From Antechinus flavipes (lineage: Eukaryota): DNA of 64,000 bases. Each line of letters opens with the position of its first letter. Position 1 is the first letter of the stretch. The stretch lies in the NCBI RefSeq assembly GCF_016432865.1, contig NC_067403.1, forward strand, positions 169,446,001 through 169,510,000, read 5' to 3'. The position numbers were made by a program, and so were the translations under genes. A model generated the notes under the pieces. The model was not told where the DNA came from, ran no database searches, and was given only the letters and a program-made list of their open reading frames with translations. Shown piece by piece: positions 1 to 13,252 of this stretch.

Positions 1-270
1 TCATGTTCTTTTCAGATAACTGTTGAGGTATCTAGGAGAAAGATAGCCTCCTCTTTAATTTTTCAAATCCTTTAAAATGTGGAAAAATTCTTATTGAAAC
101 ATGTAAAAAAATTAATGGGAATCTATTTTCTGTTCTTTCTGCTATTAATACTATTGAAAAAAAAAAAAAAAGAAATCACCTGGTGAGGGGAGGGAAGTGC
201 ATAGCTGATCAAAACAAATTCTCTTGTTTTTGTTCAAAAATGTATCTCTCAGATGATTGAGATCTGTTCC

Positions 271-358
271 TTTTTTTAATATTTTATTTTATTTTATAAT
301 AACTTTATATTGACAGAACCCATGCCAGGATAATTTTTTTACAACATTATCCCTTACA
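271..358 (-). mobile_element. 88-bp L1 3'-terminal insertion within an older L1 3'UTR
   Basis: TSD GATTGAGATC(T/A)GTTCC at 255-270 and 359-374. T-rich tail first, then the same sequence as 3030-3080. Confidence 0.8.
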
Positions 359-1499
359 GATTGAGATCAGTTCCAATGATCTTGTGATGAGGAGAGACAT
401 CTACTTCCAGAGAGAAGCCTGTGGGAACTTAGTGTGGGTGACAAGATAGCATTTTCACTCTTTTTGTTGTTGTTTGCTTGCATTTTGTTTTCTTTCTCAT
501 TTTTTCCTTTTTGATCTGATTTTTCTTGTGCATTAAGATAATTGTATAAATATGTACACATATATTGGATTTAACACATATTTTTCACATATTTAACATA
601 TATTGGATTACTTGACATCTAGGGAGGAAAGAAAGCAATTTGGAACACAAGGGTTTGCAAGGGTCAATGTTGAAAAATTATCCATGCATATGTTTTGAAA
701 ATAAAAAACTTTAATAAAAATGTATCTCTTATTCTTCATTATGAGGCCATCACATCTTTTTTTAGGAAGTGTATTTTCACCTTCGTTGTTGTTGTTTGCT
801 TGTTTTTTTCCTTTTTTTCTCTCTTTTGATCCACAACAACATTTCTCATTATCAATATTCTCAAGTCATAAATGATCATTACATTAATCAGAGTTCTTAA
901 ATCTTCCAAAACTGTTTTTACATTATTATAAATATTGCATAACTTGTTCTCTTGGTTTTGCTCATTTCCAGGACTTTATAAAAATCCTCATTATTCATTT
1001 GTATAATATGGATAGAACTGCTTGTTTCACTCTGCATCAATTTGAATGTCTCTTTAAAGTAGTCTAGTTCCTCATTTTTTACAACACAATAATATTCTAT
1101 CATATTTTAACTTCCCAATTAATGGATACCCTCTTAGTTTTCAGGTACTGCATGCAGTTCATTTGGGGAGTTTGCATCAAAAACCCCTCCCAGCAAATAA
1201 GGTTTTTTTTCCTCTTTCATTGATCTATTTAAGGTAAAAACTTAACAGTGGTATAGTTTAATCAAAAGGTACACACTGTTTAATAACTCTTGGTGTAAAT
1301 CCAAATAGTACCTATTTGTGGTTCTATCAAATGTTTTCCACACTTGTAATTTTTGTAATATTTGTAATATTACTTTCCTTTTTTTGTCATGTTGACAAGT
1401 TGAATATGAGATAAAACAACACAATTACTGTCATTTGAATTTTTCTAATTAGTAGTTATTTGGAGCATTTTTGGATACAACTATAAATTGCCTAGGTTT

Positions 1500-2430
1500 T
1501 TTTTTCTTCTTTGATAGCTTTTCATTTTTCCAAATACATGCAAAAGTAGTTTTTAATGTAACCATTGCAAAACTTATGTTCCAAATTTTTCTCTCTCCTT
1601 CCCCACCTTTCCTTCTCCTCCCCTAGACAGCAAACAATATTACACATTTCCATATTTGTCATGCTGTGCAAGAAAAATCAGATCAAATGGGGGAAAAACA
1701 CAAGAAAGAAAGAAAAATCAAGCAAGCAAACAACAACAAAAGCAGATCAAAAGAGAGAAAAAAGGAAAAAACAAGCAAACAACAACAAAGGTGAAAATAC
1801 ATATTCACTTTATCCATATTCAGTCCTCATAATTCTCTCTGGATGCAAATGTCTCTTTCCATTACAAGTCTCTTTGAAAATGCTTTGAATCCTCTCATTG
1901 TTGAAAAGCATCAAGTCTATCACAGTTGATCATTAAATAACCCTGTCGTTGCTGCCTACAATGTTTTCTTGGTACTGCTCACTTCACTCAACATCAGTTC
2001 ATATAAGTGTTTCCAGGCTTTTCTGAAATCATACTGTTCATTGTTTTTTTTATAGAACAATAATATTCCATTACATTTATATACCATGACTTATTCAGCC
2101 ATTCCCCAAATGATGGGCAGCCACTCAGTTTCTAATTCCTTGCTACTACAAAAAAGCTGCTACAAACATTTTTGCACATGTGGTCCTTTTCCCTTTTTTA
2201 TCATCTCTTTGGGATACAGGCCCAAGAGATACTGCTGAATCAAAAGGTATGCACAGTTTTATAGCCCTTTGGATATAATTTCAAATTGTTCTCCAAAATG
2301 GTTGGTCAATTTACAACTCCACCAACAATATATTAATTTCCCACTTTTACCACATTTCCTCCAAAATTTGTCTTTACCTTTTCCTGTCTTCTTAGTCAGT
2401 CTGAAAGGTGTGAAATAGTACTGGGTTTCT
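1500..2430 (-). mobile_element. Older L1 3' region (ORF2 end plus 3'UTR)
   Basis: Parallels 22250-23100 (ttattcagccattcccca..., ttctccaaaatggttgg...). Boundaries approximate. Confidence 0.8.
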
Positions 2431-2991
2431 TTTCTTGACAATTGGCTTCTCATGTCTTTAGATCATTTATAATCTGGGGAATGGCTCTTATTCTTATCAA
2501 CTTGAATCAATTGCCTATACATCATACATATAATATATATATATGTATATATATTACATTATAGCTATATCTTAGAAATCAGACTTTTATCAGAGAAAAA
2601 GTCACTGAAAATTATTCCCAGTTAATGTTATTTAATCAAAATGATCCATTTTGTCTTCTGTGATATTCTTTGTCTCTTATTTGGTCATGAACTTTTCTTC
2701 TATTCATAAATCTGGTAGGTATTTTTCCCATATTTGTCTAATTTATTTATGATGTGAATTATATTATCTGGGTCATATATCCATTTAGAGATGATTTGGT
2801 ATAAATTAAATTACTTGTTCAATGTCATACCAACTAAAGTAAGAAAGGATTAATTTATAGAACTAGAAAAAAGTAATAAAATTCATATGGAGACAAAAAA
2901 AGTTAAAAGAAAATACTAAGGGAAATAATGGAGGAAAAGTGGGAATGGAAAAGTACCATATCTCAAGCTGTAATACAAAGCAGCAATTCTC

Positions 2992-3194
2992 TTTTTTAAA
3001 ATTAATTAATTTATTTTTTAGTATAACTTTTTTATTGACAGAACATATGCCTGGGTGATTTTTTACAACATTATCCCTTGCACTTACTTTTGTTCCGACT
3101 TTTCCCTTCCCTCCCTCCACCCCCTCCCCTAGATAGCAAGCAGTCTTATACATGTTAAATATGTTATAGTATATCCTAGATACAATATATGTGT
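2992..3194 (-). mobile_element. Very short L1 3'-end insertion inside an older plus-strand L1 ORF2 remnant (~2850-3400)
   Basis: 15-bp TSD AAAGCAGCAATTCTC (2977-2991, 3195-3209). Body resembles the reverse complement of the L1 3' end near 34070-34230. Confidence 0.88.
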
Positions 3195-4869
3195 AAAGCA
3201 GCAATTCTCAAATCAAGTTGATACTGGTTAAAAATTAAAGATAAATCAGCAGAATATATTAAGTACACAATATACAAAAGCAAACAAATTTCTTAACCCA
3301 GAGTTTAATAAGTACAAATACTCCAGTTACTAGGAAAAGGATTCACTTTTTGGATAAAAATAATTGGAAAAGTTGAACAAAAATGTGGAAGAAAATATTT
3401 TTACAAAGATTATTTTGTCTTTATTGAGCATCTTCAAAGGATACATGATGTAAAATTGGGCCCAGGCTCATTTGACATTAATGGATTTATTCTCCATGGG
3501 GCTTCATGTCTTCTCCATTTTGCTGTTTTAAAATCTTGTTTTGAGTTTTTTCCCCAGATCTTTCCCTCATTCAGGTTTGCTTAGAAGAAAATAATAAAAG
3601 ACAAATAATCCATTAGCTGATCAGGGGATTCTGATTCTCAGTCATAAGGAAAAGAGTAAAGTAAATCTAGTTTGAGGATTATTCAGATATTTATCCTCTG
3701 TCTTTTCTTTCCTGTTTTGTTTTTTTGTCTTTTCTCTTAATCTGAGTGAAAAACAAAACCTGACATGAAAATCATTTACTTATGGTTCTGTGAAAAGTTT
3801 GGTAGGATGAAAGTTTGAAAGTTTGTACAAAAATGAATACTTTAAATTATCTATGGATTCCATTTGTTTCATATTAACTGAGATAAGTGAGAGAGGGTAA
3901 TAAGGCATTAGGGACACAAGATCCAAGACTCTCTTTGAATCATCAGAGCATTATTGTCTCCTTATAGTAGTTAAACAGAGGCACGGAGGCCATAAGTAAC
4001 AGCATAGGAATTCTGTGGTCTGGCATTCTAGTCATGAAAGCACACCAACTCATATCAAGAAGATCATTGTGGGAAATTTCAGAAAAGTAGGAACCCACAG
4101 GAAACCCTGAATGAAAACAAATTCTTGAATGTTATTGTTGTTATAGCCAGAAAAGGTGTATGTTTATGATATGTTTATATAAGTTGGAATGCATGTTTCT
4201 AGATGTTTTATAGTTTCAAAGTACTTTAAAATATTTTAAAATGTAATTGATATTTCATGTAAAATGTTCTTCAAAGAGATTTATTAAAATATGAATCTCG
4301 AAAAATATGATTTTGAAAATCAGGCTACACAGTAGTAGAAAGTAAAAATGCATCATGCATTATTTCAAATCTTATGGGAACACACAGATTTTATGCTTTG
4401 TGGGGACAAGAACTATCTCTTGTGTCCCTAATACTTAGTACAGTGCTATGCACATAATAAATAGTTAATAGATTTTTAGTGATTGATTGATTGATTGAGA
4501 AATAATTTGTCCAAAGAGATGTTTTTTTCCCAGACCTGTGGTTTCACCAGAGTGAACATCATCCCAAAGCAGGTCAGCAATGCATCTGCACTTTATTATG
4601 TAGTGAATTGACTAGACCACCAAAAAGTTAAATGACTTGATCATGGTCATACAACCAGTATGTATCAGAGGAAGAATTTAAATCAATATCTTCCTAATTC
4701 CACAGCCAGCCCTTTAATCACTACACAATCAATATCACCTCTTTCAAAATTATGAACCACAAAATGTACCTTTCTACATAAAAGGAACAGGGAGAGTTAA
4801 GATCTCATAATAATTTTGCTTAAATTAAGGTTTACAAAATGCAGTATCATTTTATAATAAATTAAGAGA

Positions 4870-5110
4870 AATGTTCTTGTTTAGTCATTTCAGTTATCTC
4901 CAACTCTCTGTGACCCCATTTTGTGGTTTCCTTGGAAGAGATACTGAAGTAGTTTGCCATTTCCTTTTCCATCTCATTTTACAGATGAAGAAACTGGGGC
5001 AAAACAGCATTATGTGTGACTGACTCTGGATCAGACAACTGGTCTTAGACCCTTGTCAAGAGTTGAATCTTCCTAACTTCAGACCAGGTACTCTATTCAC
5101 TGCACTACCA
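4870..5110 (-). mobile_element. MIR/Mar1-type CORE-SINE
   Basis: CORE block (catttta cagatgaagaaactggggc) and tRNA-head complement (ctctattcactgcactacc). Confidence 0.8.
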
Positions 5111-5439
5111 AAATTTTAAAAAAATAGATTATGTCTACCCCATTGCTCTGTACTTTAGCTATAAAAGAATTGCTAATAGTAAGGACATGAATAGAAAATA
5201 AGCAGTGATATTCTGCAATGGACAATTTCTTCATCATTGGCAATTGACTAAAAGATATAGCAAATACAAGATCTCATTTTGCTAAATTTTTTTTAATTAT
5301 GAAAAAAAGTTTGATTTGGTAGTGCAAAATACTACCACCAAAGTCCTCATCCAACAAAATGTCTTTATTTCTTGTGTCAAAATCATTCAACCTTCCTTGA
5401 AAGAAAAGAAATAACTCTCTCCAATAGCCTTCTGATCAT

Positions 5440-6260
5440 AACCTTAAAGGGAAGCATAAAACAGAGAGGTGCACACTCACCAAAGATGTTTGACACAATG
5501 TTGGAGGAAGAGATCATCACTGAATTCAAGTTAAAGAGAAATTCTAAATGAGTGGTAACTGCTCTTTGAAGGTCCTGCTTGTAGATGGCATTGTGCTAAT
5601 TACATCAGTTGTGAGAACATTGTAGAATGAGATCTGTAATCTCAAAAGAGTTTGATTTGATAATGCACTCAAGAAAGATCAAGCAGATAAAAATATATAT
5701 TTCTCTGGTTATACGATGCAGTCACATGGACAACATATGTCTCCTGAACATTAATATGTATCTAGGACAAACAATGTAAGTGAACTATTAGCTGAGTACA
5801 GAATTTAGCAGAGAGAGGAGAGCCAAGCTGGATTTCCATCAGGAAGTTGTAAAAGTCCTTTAAAGAGCCCCTATTTACCTTCCAGAAGCAAAGCTCCACT
5901 TTGTCCATATGAATGTTCTACCATGGAGAACAATAACTGAAGAACAGAAAATCAATATCCCACAGAAGGCAATGGAGAGGTGCATGATGAGTGTGAATAG
6001 GCTATAACATATAAGCAATGAGGAAATTTAAAGAAGCATAGGAGTAAAAGATGTAATCAGAAAAATTACGCCAGAAAAAGAATGTGGGATGGTAGCCATG
6101 GTGAAGGATGATCTGTTCATCCCCTAAGAATAGCTTGATGACATGAAGCATTAATGAGGTAGATTGCTAGTAGATTGGACCAAAAATGGTGAACCTATAG
6201 GAAGACATAGATAAAGATGCACAAGATGGGTAAATATGGATGAATTGTGTTCTATATCAT
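5440..6260 (+). mobile_element. Degenerate RTE-clade LINE, reverse transcriptase and C-terminal region
   Basis: Frameshifted translation gives SPKMFDTMLEE, (D)GIVLITS, YLGQT and QKAMERCMMSVNRL-like motifs typical of RTE RT. Many stops. Confidence 0.75.
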
Positions 6261-6602
6261 CAAAGGAAAAATTCAAATCAATGAGCTCAGAGAATCAAAA
6301 AAATATTTGGGAAAGACATGTCTGGAAACCAAAAGGGCACAGTAGTAAGGAGTACTTCCATAAGAGTTTAGAAAATGTACTAGATTAAGAAATCTAGGAA
6401 AAATGTACCAGACTGAATTCCAAGAAACCCAAGAAAAAAATGAGTCTCTTTTCCAGCCCAAGTTGGCTTAGAGAGATAGACAGAAAGATCTGTGGACATT
6501 GGCATTGGGCCTGGCCAGGAAAATGCCACTTTGGAGCATTCTACTTTCCAGAGATGGAAAGAGTGAGTCCTAAGGAAGCCAGTTTCCCTTAAAGATCAAG
6601 GT

Positions 6603-6775
6603 ATTCTTTAATATATTTAACATGTATTGGTTATCCTGCCATCTAGGGGAGGGAGTGGGGGGAAGAAGGGGAAAAATTGGAACAAAAGGTTTGGCAATTG
6701 TCAATGCTGTAAAATTACCCATGCATATAACTCATAAATAAAAAGCTATTTAAAAAATAAAATAAAAAATAAAAA
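6603..6775 (+). mobile_element. Short L1 3'-end insertion
   Basis: G-rich L1 3'UTR, AATAAA and A-tail, flanked by AAAG(A/C)TCAAGGT on both sides. Confidence 0.8.
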
Positions 6776-6899
6776 AAAGCTCAAGGTTTTACTGAATTAG
6801 TAGCATAAACAGGTACTATCTGGGAGAATTTTCACAAAGAGGTAATGGAGATGAGTGTTGGCTAGTATGAAATGATGTAGGAACAAGTTTGGGAGAAAA

Positions 6900-7680
6900 T
6901 AGATGCTCTGTGATTTTGATACCAAGAGTAGAGTAGGGACTAAATTCTAGGCTCCAGCCCAGGCTGAAACCTGCAGTGAAATAACCATGGCAGGAGTCCC
7001 AGACTAAAGGTAGGCCAGCAGTTCAGTTGTTGTGAATCCAGAGAGTTTTCCAGCTAGCTAATAGAGGCTAAGTACACCAGCAGTCTACTAAGACTCCTAA
7101 CCAAGAACAAGCCAACAGACTCAAATTTTGGTCAGGAATTTACAGAATTCAGTCCAATTCAGAAAAGCAGTGAATAGACCTCATCCATGGCCACATGACT
7201 TTGGGAGCACTGAAAGCTCTCAGAGCTCTTACATGAGCTATGAATTTACAAAAGGATCTCAGAAGACAGAATCTTAAATAAGACATTCCTACCTGAGAAG
7301 TACATAGATCTACCTTTAACATACAGTCCAAATTCAAGAAGTAACCTAGAAGAAAGAGGAAATAAAATAGAATCCCACTATAAAGAGTTTTTATGATGAT
7401 TTAAAAAAAAAAAAACTCAAGACAAAAGTCCAAAGAAATGATTCCAAAACTTCAAAAATCGAATCTCAAAGAAAAATTTAAGTTGGACACACATCTAACT
7501 AGAATTCCTAGAAAGGTTAAAATATTTTTTTAAGAGCTAAAAATGATTTTAAAAACCAAGTGAGAATGGAATAAAAAATAAGGAGAGAAATAAGAGTTGC
7601 AAAAAAAAAAAAAAAGAAATTAAAAGAAAATTAATTAACAGGTTGGAACAAAAGGTATAAAACCTTTCCTAAGAGAAAGA
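6900..7680 (+). mobile_element. Old L1/HAL1 5' region and ORF1 remnant
   Basis: A-rich coiled-coil-like coding relic resembling marsupial L1 ORF1 starts. Boundaries approximate. Confidence 0.5.
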
Positions 7681-10600
7681 TATATGATATTGTCAGCAAA
7701 GACACCTAGGTGATGCAGTGAATAGAGTGCCCACTCTGTATTCATGAAGAACTGAATTCAAATGTGAACTCAGAAACTTACTTGAATAATCCTAAATAAG
7801 TCACTTAAACCTGTTTGTCTCATTTGTAAAATGACTTGAAAAGGGAAATGACAAATACTCCAGTGTCTTTGCCAAGAAAAACTCAAAAGGGGTCATGAAG
7901 AGTCAGATAAGACTGAAAATGACATATAGAACCAAGAAAAGCATGCAGTGCTATATAATCATGTTACTATTAAGTGAGTTTATATTATTGGCCCTCATTT
8001 TATGATAACAATAGTATAGCTTACTTCCAAAATGTGCTGAGAAGGTGAGAATGCTAATAAGTGACTAGAAGTTTCCTAGAAAATATGTCTTTATGTACAC
8101 AAAGATGGCCTGAGAATTACAACCACTACATGCAGAACTTGGAATTTTTTACTTATGTCAACAAGCACTTATTAAACACTATATGACAGATGTACTAAAC
8201 TATGGAGATAGAAATGCAAACAAAAATAAGGATAGTTCCCATTTTCAGGAGTACACATTCAAATGGATAAGAAAAGCCATTAAAGGGAATTTAAAAATAT
8301 TGGACAGAAGGAAAATAGGAGGGCATGGTGACAAAATGTGTTATTATCCCTATTTGACAGTTGAGAAAATTGAGGCAAACAAATTAAATGACTTGATGAG
8401 GTTCACATTAAGAGGCCAGATTTGAATTCAGGTATTCCCAATTCTAGTCCTAGAGCTCTATTCACTATACCACCTAGATGTTCTGCTTCTAACTCTCCAC
8501 ACTTTACCACCATGTCTTTATCTACCATACAAGGTGTTCTCCTAACTGCTAAATATTACCTCATTTGAGCCTCCCAACAACCCTCAGGGTAAGAAGGCAG
8601 ATGAGATATGGATGATAAATTATGTGGACAGTACAAATCAGAGGTTTTTTTTACTCTAGAAAGATTTCCCAGAATTCCTACTTGAATGATAATTCCACTG
8701 CTATTATTTCTCAGCCAGTGACTGTTATTCTGAATTATTGAATGATTCCCTTTCTTTTTCTCGGGCTGTCGTTCTGTCTGTGACTTGATCAAAGTAAGAA
8801 AAAGTAAATCCAGAGGATTTTAGGCTGAGTAAACATCCTCATTCCCCTTGAGAAAGGGAACAGTATCTAGAAAAGGGTCCCACACAGTATTCTGTGTTTG
8901 AGCTCAAGGTCCCTTGAGAAAATTAATCTTGTTGATCTGCTTCAAAAAGTTCAGAGATCTGTATTTACACTCCTTTCTCTGGGGCCAAGTTTCAAAATGC
9001 CAGGCTCAAGGATTTGTCTGAAATCATTACTACTTCATCAATGTGTTCGGAGGCATGGAAACCTGAAGTCACGAGTCCCATTATTTCATTCTCTATAATC
9101 CATCCTGTTCTCCCTTTGACATTTGCAATGCTAATCAACTTAAAAGTATGTCCCCTTTGAGTCATGTGGTGAACATTAACATGCTGCAACAGCCAGGGTA
9201 GAAAGACATTTCATTTTGCCAAATACTTTATGAAATTTGAATTTACAAAGAAAATCAACTGCAGAACACATTCAATTCATAATATAAAAAAGGGGAGCTG
9301 ACATTCCTTAATAAGCTCTTGAAACACCACTAAAGTCCCGTGAGTTGATCTTTCTGGTGGCCTAGAGCCAAAGGAAGCTAAGGACTGAGCTTGGAGAGCA
9401 CAATTCTATAGAGAAAAACATTGTTTGATTAGCTATTAGATGAGTGAATAGTCCATTAGTAAAGCTATATAGCATGAACCCTCCAGGACTTTGTCTGTGA
9501 TGTCATTTATTTGGGTTATCAATGCAATGATACTACTCTTAACCCATTTATACCTATACATCCCCATCCCTGTCCTTCCATAAATTGGTTGCAATGGGTT
9601 CATTCAATATGCTTTTTTCTACTTTCTGGGTCGTGCAGTGGATCGAGGACTGTTCCGCAAGCTGGAAGGCTTGGATTTAAATCTGGCCTCAGATACTAAT
9701 CGTGCAACTCATTTGATCTCCGTTTCAGTTTCCTAAACTACACAACTTCTCAGCCTTATCTATATAATAATAGCACCTATTACTGAGGATTGTTATAAGC
9801 ATCAAATGGGATAGCATTTATAAAGTGCTTTGCAATTCCCACTTAAACCTGCAAATCTGACCTTGTTGTGGGTCACCTCCACCTCACAAGAGCAACCTTG
9901 AGGAAGGAGTAAGAGATTAGGGAAATATCCTCCTTGCTGTAAATAGGAAGAAAGGCAGTTACTGGTTTTCTTTGTTGGTAACTGCTTTTGATAAGGTTTC
10001 TATAAATGCATGAACTCAGAGAATGCTAGCAAGGTCCAACAGTAAGAACCAAGTGTCTTATTCTAAAATAAAAATGATGTGTTTTGCTTGTTATTTGTTT
10101 TTTAAAAGGCACAATATGAAATTTCTTTTGGGGGGTAATTTCCTGATTTCAAATGAAGTATTACATTCACTGATTTTTTTTTGCTCCCCCCTTCACATTT
10201 TTACTCTTCTTTTTGATATATCACCTTCACAAGTTTTAATGATCCTTGTTTTGATTATTTTCATAGTGGTAAGATATGTATTTTTGCATGTAGGGGGAGA
10301 TAATTTCTTAACACTAATCTCTGATAAGGATTATATGAAATTGTTTTGCAGGATTTCTTGTTGAATAAATGGATGTGGCTAAAGAAAAAATGCTTAGCGT
10401 GTTTAGCACATAATTAGTGTTTAATAAATGCATGTTGCCTTCCTCTTCTCTTCATTCTATTGTCCCTCACTCTTGAAATGTAACCAGGAAACCATTTTTT
10501 ATTTTCCATTTGTAATGTATTGCATCCCTTGTCAAAAGAATTGAGCCCAGCTATCCACACAGTATGTGGAGAATGAATATGGATAGTTGAATAGACAACC

Positions 10601-11014
10601 TCTAGTATTTACAGCAAGATAATTGTATATACTACATTTATCTTAGAGAGATATACATAAAAAACTATAGAAAGACATATGGTGGACACGAGCAACACAC
10701 ATTATGTATTAATATAATGTAAAAAATCAGAATTATTCATTTCATATGGCTTTATTTGCTTTGCAAAAAAAAAAAAAAAGAAAGAAAAGAAATGTGTCAG
10801 TCTCTTTCTTGGTAAATTAAATATCAATGAACAAATTTCAGGACTAAGCAACCATTTCTCCCAAGAAGAATGGTGTTATATTCTTCTATATAAATAAACT
10901 TTGCTATAGTCATGGATTAATTTTACAATCTTCTGTCTGTTTAGTTCTTCCATATCAATCAATCAATTAACCAGTGCTTATTGTGTCTAGTATGTGCCAG
11001 GCATTGTGCTAAAT

Positions 11015-11250
11015 TAAAGACAGCTAGATGGCCATTTGATAAACCACCAAACCTGGTGTCAGAAAGATTCATCTTCCCAAGTTCAAATGCTACCTCAGAC
11101 ACTTATTAGCTGTGTGACATTGGGCAAGTCATTTAAGTCTGTCTCAGTTTCCTCATCTGTAAAATGAGTTGGAGAAGGACATGGCAAACACTCCAGTATC
11201 TTTGCCAAGAAAACCCCAAATGAGGTCACAAAAAATTGGACATGACTAAA
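11015..11250 (+). mobile_element. MIR/Mar1-type SINE. Similar copies lie near 7705, 17160, 21515, 26245 and 38355 (+) and 18085, 20360 and 40545 (-).
   Basis: Head cagctagatggc, B-box-like agttcaaat, CORE tcagtttcctcatctgtaaaatg, tail gccaagaaaaccccaaat. Confidence 0.85.
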
Positions 11251-12745
11251 GCAACTAAGCAACAAATGTGCCAGGTATGATACTAAATTCTAAGATACAA
11301 AGAAAAGCAAAAGCTATTTTTGCTTTTAAGGAATTTACATCATAAGGGGAGGAATCACATGTAAATAAGTGGGTACCAACACAATATATCCAGGTAAATG
11401 AATGGTGACCTTGGAAGGGAAGGCTCGGAGATCTGGGAAAAGCAGAAAAGGCTTCAAAAGAGAAAGCGGGGCAAGAGCTAAGTCTTATAAGAAGCCAAAG
11501 ATTCTAAGAGTTGAAAATAAGGAATGAAAGTCTTCCAAGAAAAGTTGATAATCAGTATAAACTCAGAAGATAAGAATATTGTGTGTGAGCATCTGAGTTA
11601 GACTAAATGTTCATCAAGATTCCTTTCAGCTCTCAGTGAACAATAAATAGATCACTAAGTCTAGACTACAATCAATCAACTAAGAACCATTTATTAAGTG
11701 CCTACTATGTGCTAACCATTGAGCTAAGTACTGGAGGTAGTGTGCTAAGAGTATGTGGAGGGACTAGAATGTGAGATGACTAGAAAAAAATATAGGAAAT
11801 GGTCATATCATAAAGTCAACGAGTCAGTAAGCATCCGTTAAGGCTCAAAGAGAAACCATACATTGTGGTAGGCACTTAATATACAAGAAAAAAAAGCAAA
11901 AAGATTTCCTGCCTTCAAGAAGTTCATAATCTAATAGGTAAAATAACATATAAACAACTGTATTCTAACAAGTTTTAAACAGAATAAATTAGAAATAATC
12001 AATGGAACAAAGATACTAGCTCTTAAGAAGAAAGGAGAAAGATGTATAGTAGATGGAGTTTAAGCTGACCCTTGAAGAAAGCGAAGGAACCCAGGAAGCA
12101 AAATTAAGGAAGTAGATAATTTCAAAAAACGGAGATGAGGAGAGGCAGTTCAGCCAGTGTAGCTGTGAAGAGTTTATCTTTGATCCTAGAGATAAGGGAT
12201 TCATTGAAATTTGTTGAGTTGGGGAATGACATATCAACCCTCACTTCAGGAAAATCACTTTCCATGAAATGAGGGTAATTATAATATTTACAAATATTGT
12301 TATGAGGACCAAATGAGATGGTATAGGTTTGCAAACCTTAAAGCACTATATAAATACTAGCTATTATTATTATCTTATCATTCTTCTCAACTACCAAAGT
12401 AAATTTAGATCATATCACTTTAAGATATCTTAATTTCTCTGAAAGTATTTGAATATAGCTAGGATTTGGATATAAGGCAAATTTTATTTATTTTTATTGG
12501 GGGGTTTTTCTGATTATACATATACATTTTTAATACATATTTCTTAATGAATCATGTTGGGAGAGAAAAATCAGAACAAAAGGGGAAAAAAAACAGGATA
12601 AAAAGAAAAAAAAATGAACATAGCATAGTTAAAATTCAATCTCCATAATTGTTTCTCAGAATGCAGATCAGATTTCACTTAATTAAACAAAAGTGGAAAA
12701 TGGGCTCTTCTCTGAGCCAGTCAACAGCCAAGGTGAACTCCCCTC

Positions 12746-12764
12746 TCCTCACCAGAGGGCATCA
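12746..12764 (+). promoter_or_regulatory. Candidate CTCF site
   Basis: TCCTCACCAGAGGGCATCA versus core consensus CCASYAGRKGGCRS; 12 of 14 positions match. Confidence 0.5.
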
Positions 12765-13061
12765 AACAACCTTCTCTTCCAGTGGGATCCCCCTTCCCTT
12801 CCAACCTGTTTGGTTTGTATAACTCACAGCACCCATCATGGCAGAGATTCCAGTTTTTTCTTGGTGCACATAGTTCCTTACCAAGTTGAGTCTCCTTCCA
12901 CTTTAGGGAAATGCAGGGCTATAATCTGAGAATGTTCTTCCAGGTCCACTCTCACTTCTCTCACTTGGATCCCATCTTCCTTTCCTCTCTTCTTGAGAAT
13001 CTATCACTCACTCCATATATTCATCAAATACTGATCCCTAGGCTTGAGTGATTGTCTAGAG

Positions 13062-13252
13062 CAGGGTCCTCAAACTACGGCCTGTGGGCCAGATGCGGCA
13101 GCTGAGGAAGTTTATCCCCCTCACCCAGGGCTATGAAGTTTCTTTATTTAAAGGCCCATAAAACAAAGATTTTGTTTTTACTATAGTCCGGCCCTCCAAC
13201 AGTCTGAGGGACAGTGAACTGGCCCCCTATTTAAAAAGTTTGAAGACCCCTG
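13062..13252. mobile_element. Non-autonomous hAT MITE, OC1 (OposCharlie1)-type, 191 bp
   Basis: TIRs CAGGGTCCTCAAACT / AGTTTGAAGACCCCTG. 8-bp target duplication GTCTAGAG (13054-13061) and GTCTAGAA (13253-13260). Confidence 0.85.

Noticed and set aside
1565-1888. 107-aa Lys-rich ORF
   Set aside because: Lies in the antisense strand of an L1 3'UTR; low-complexity artefact.
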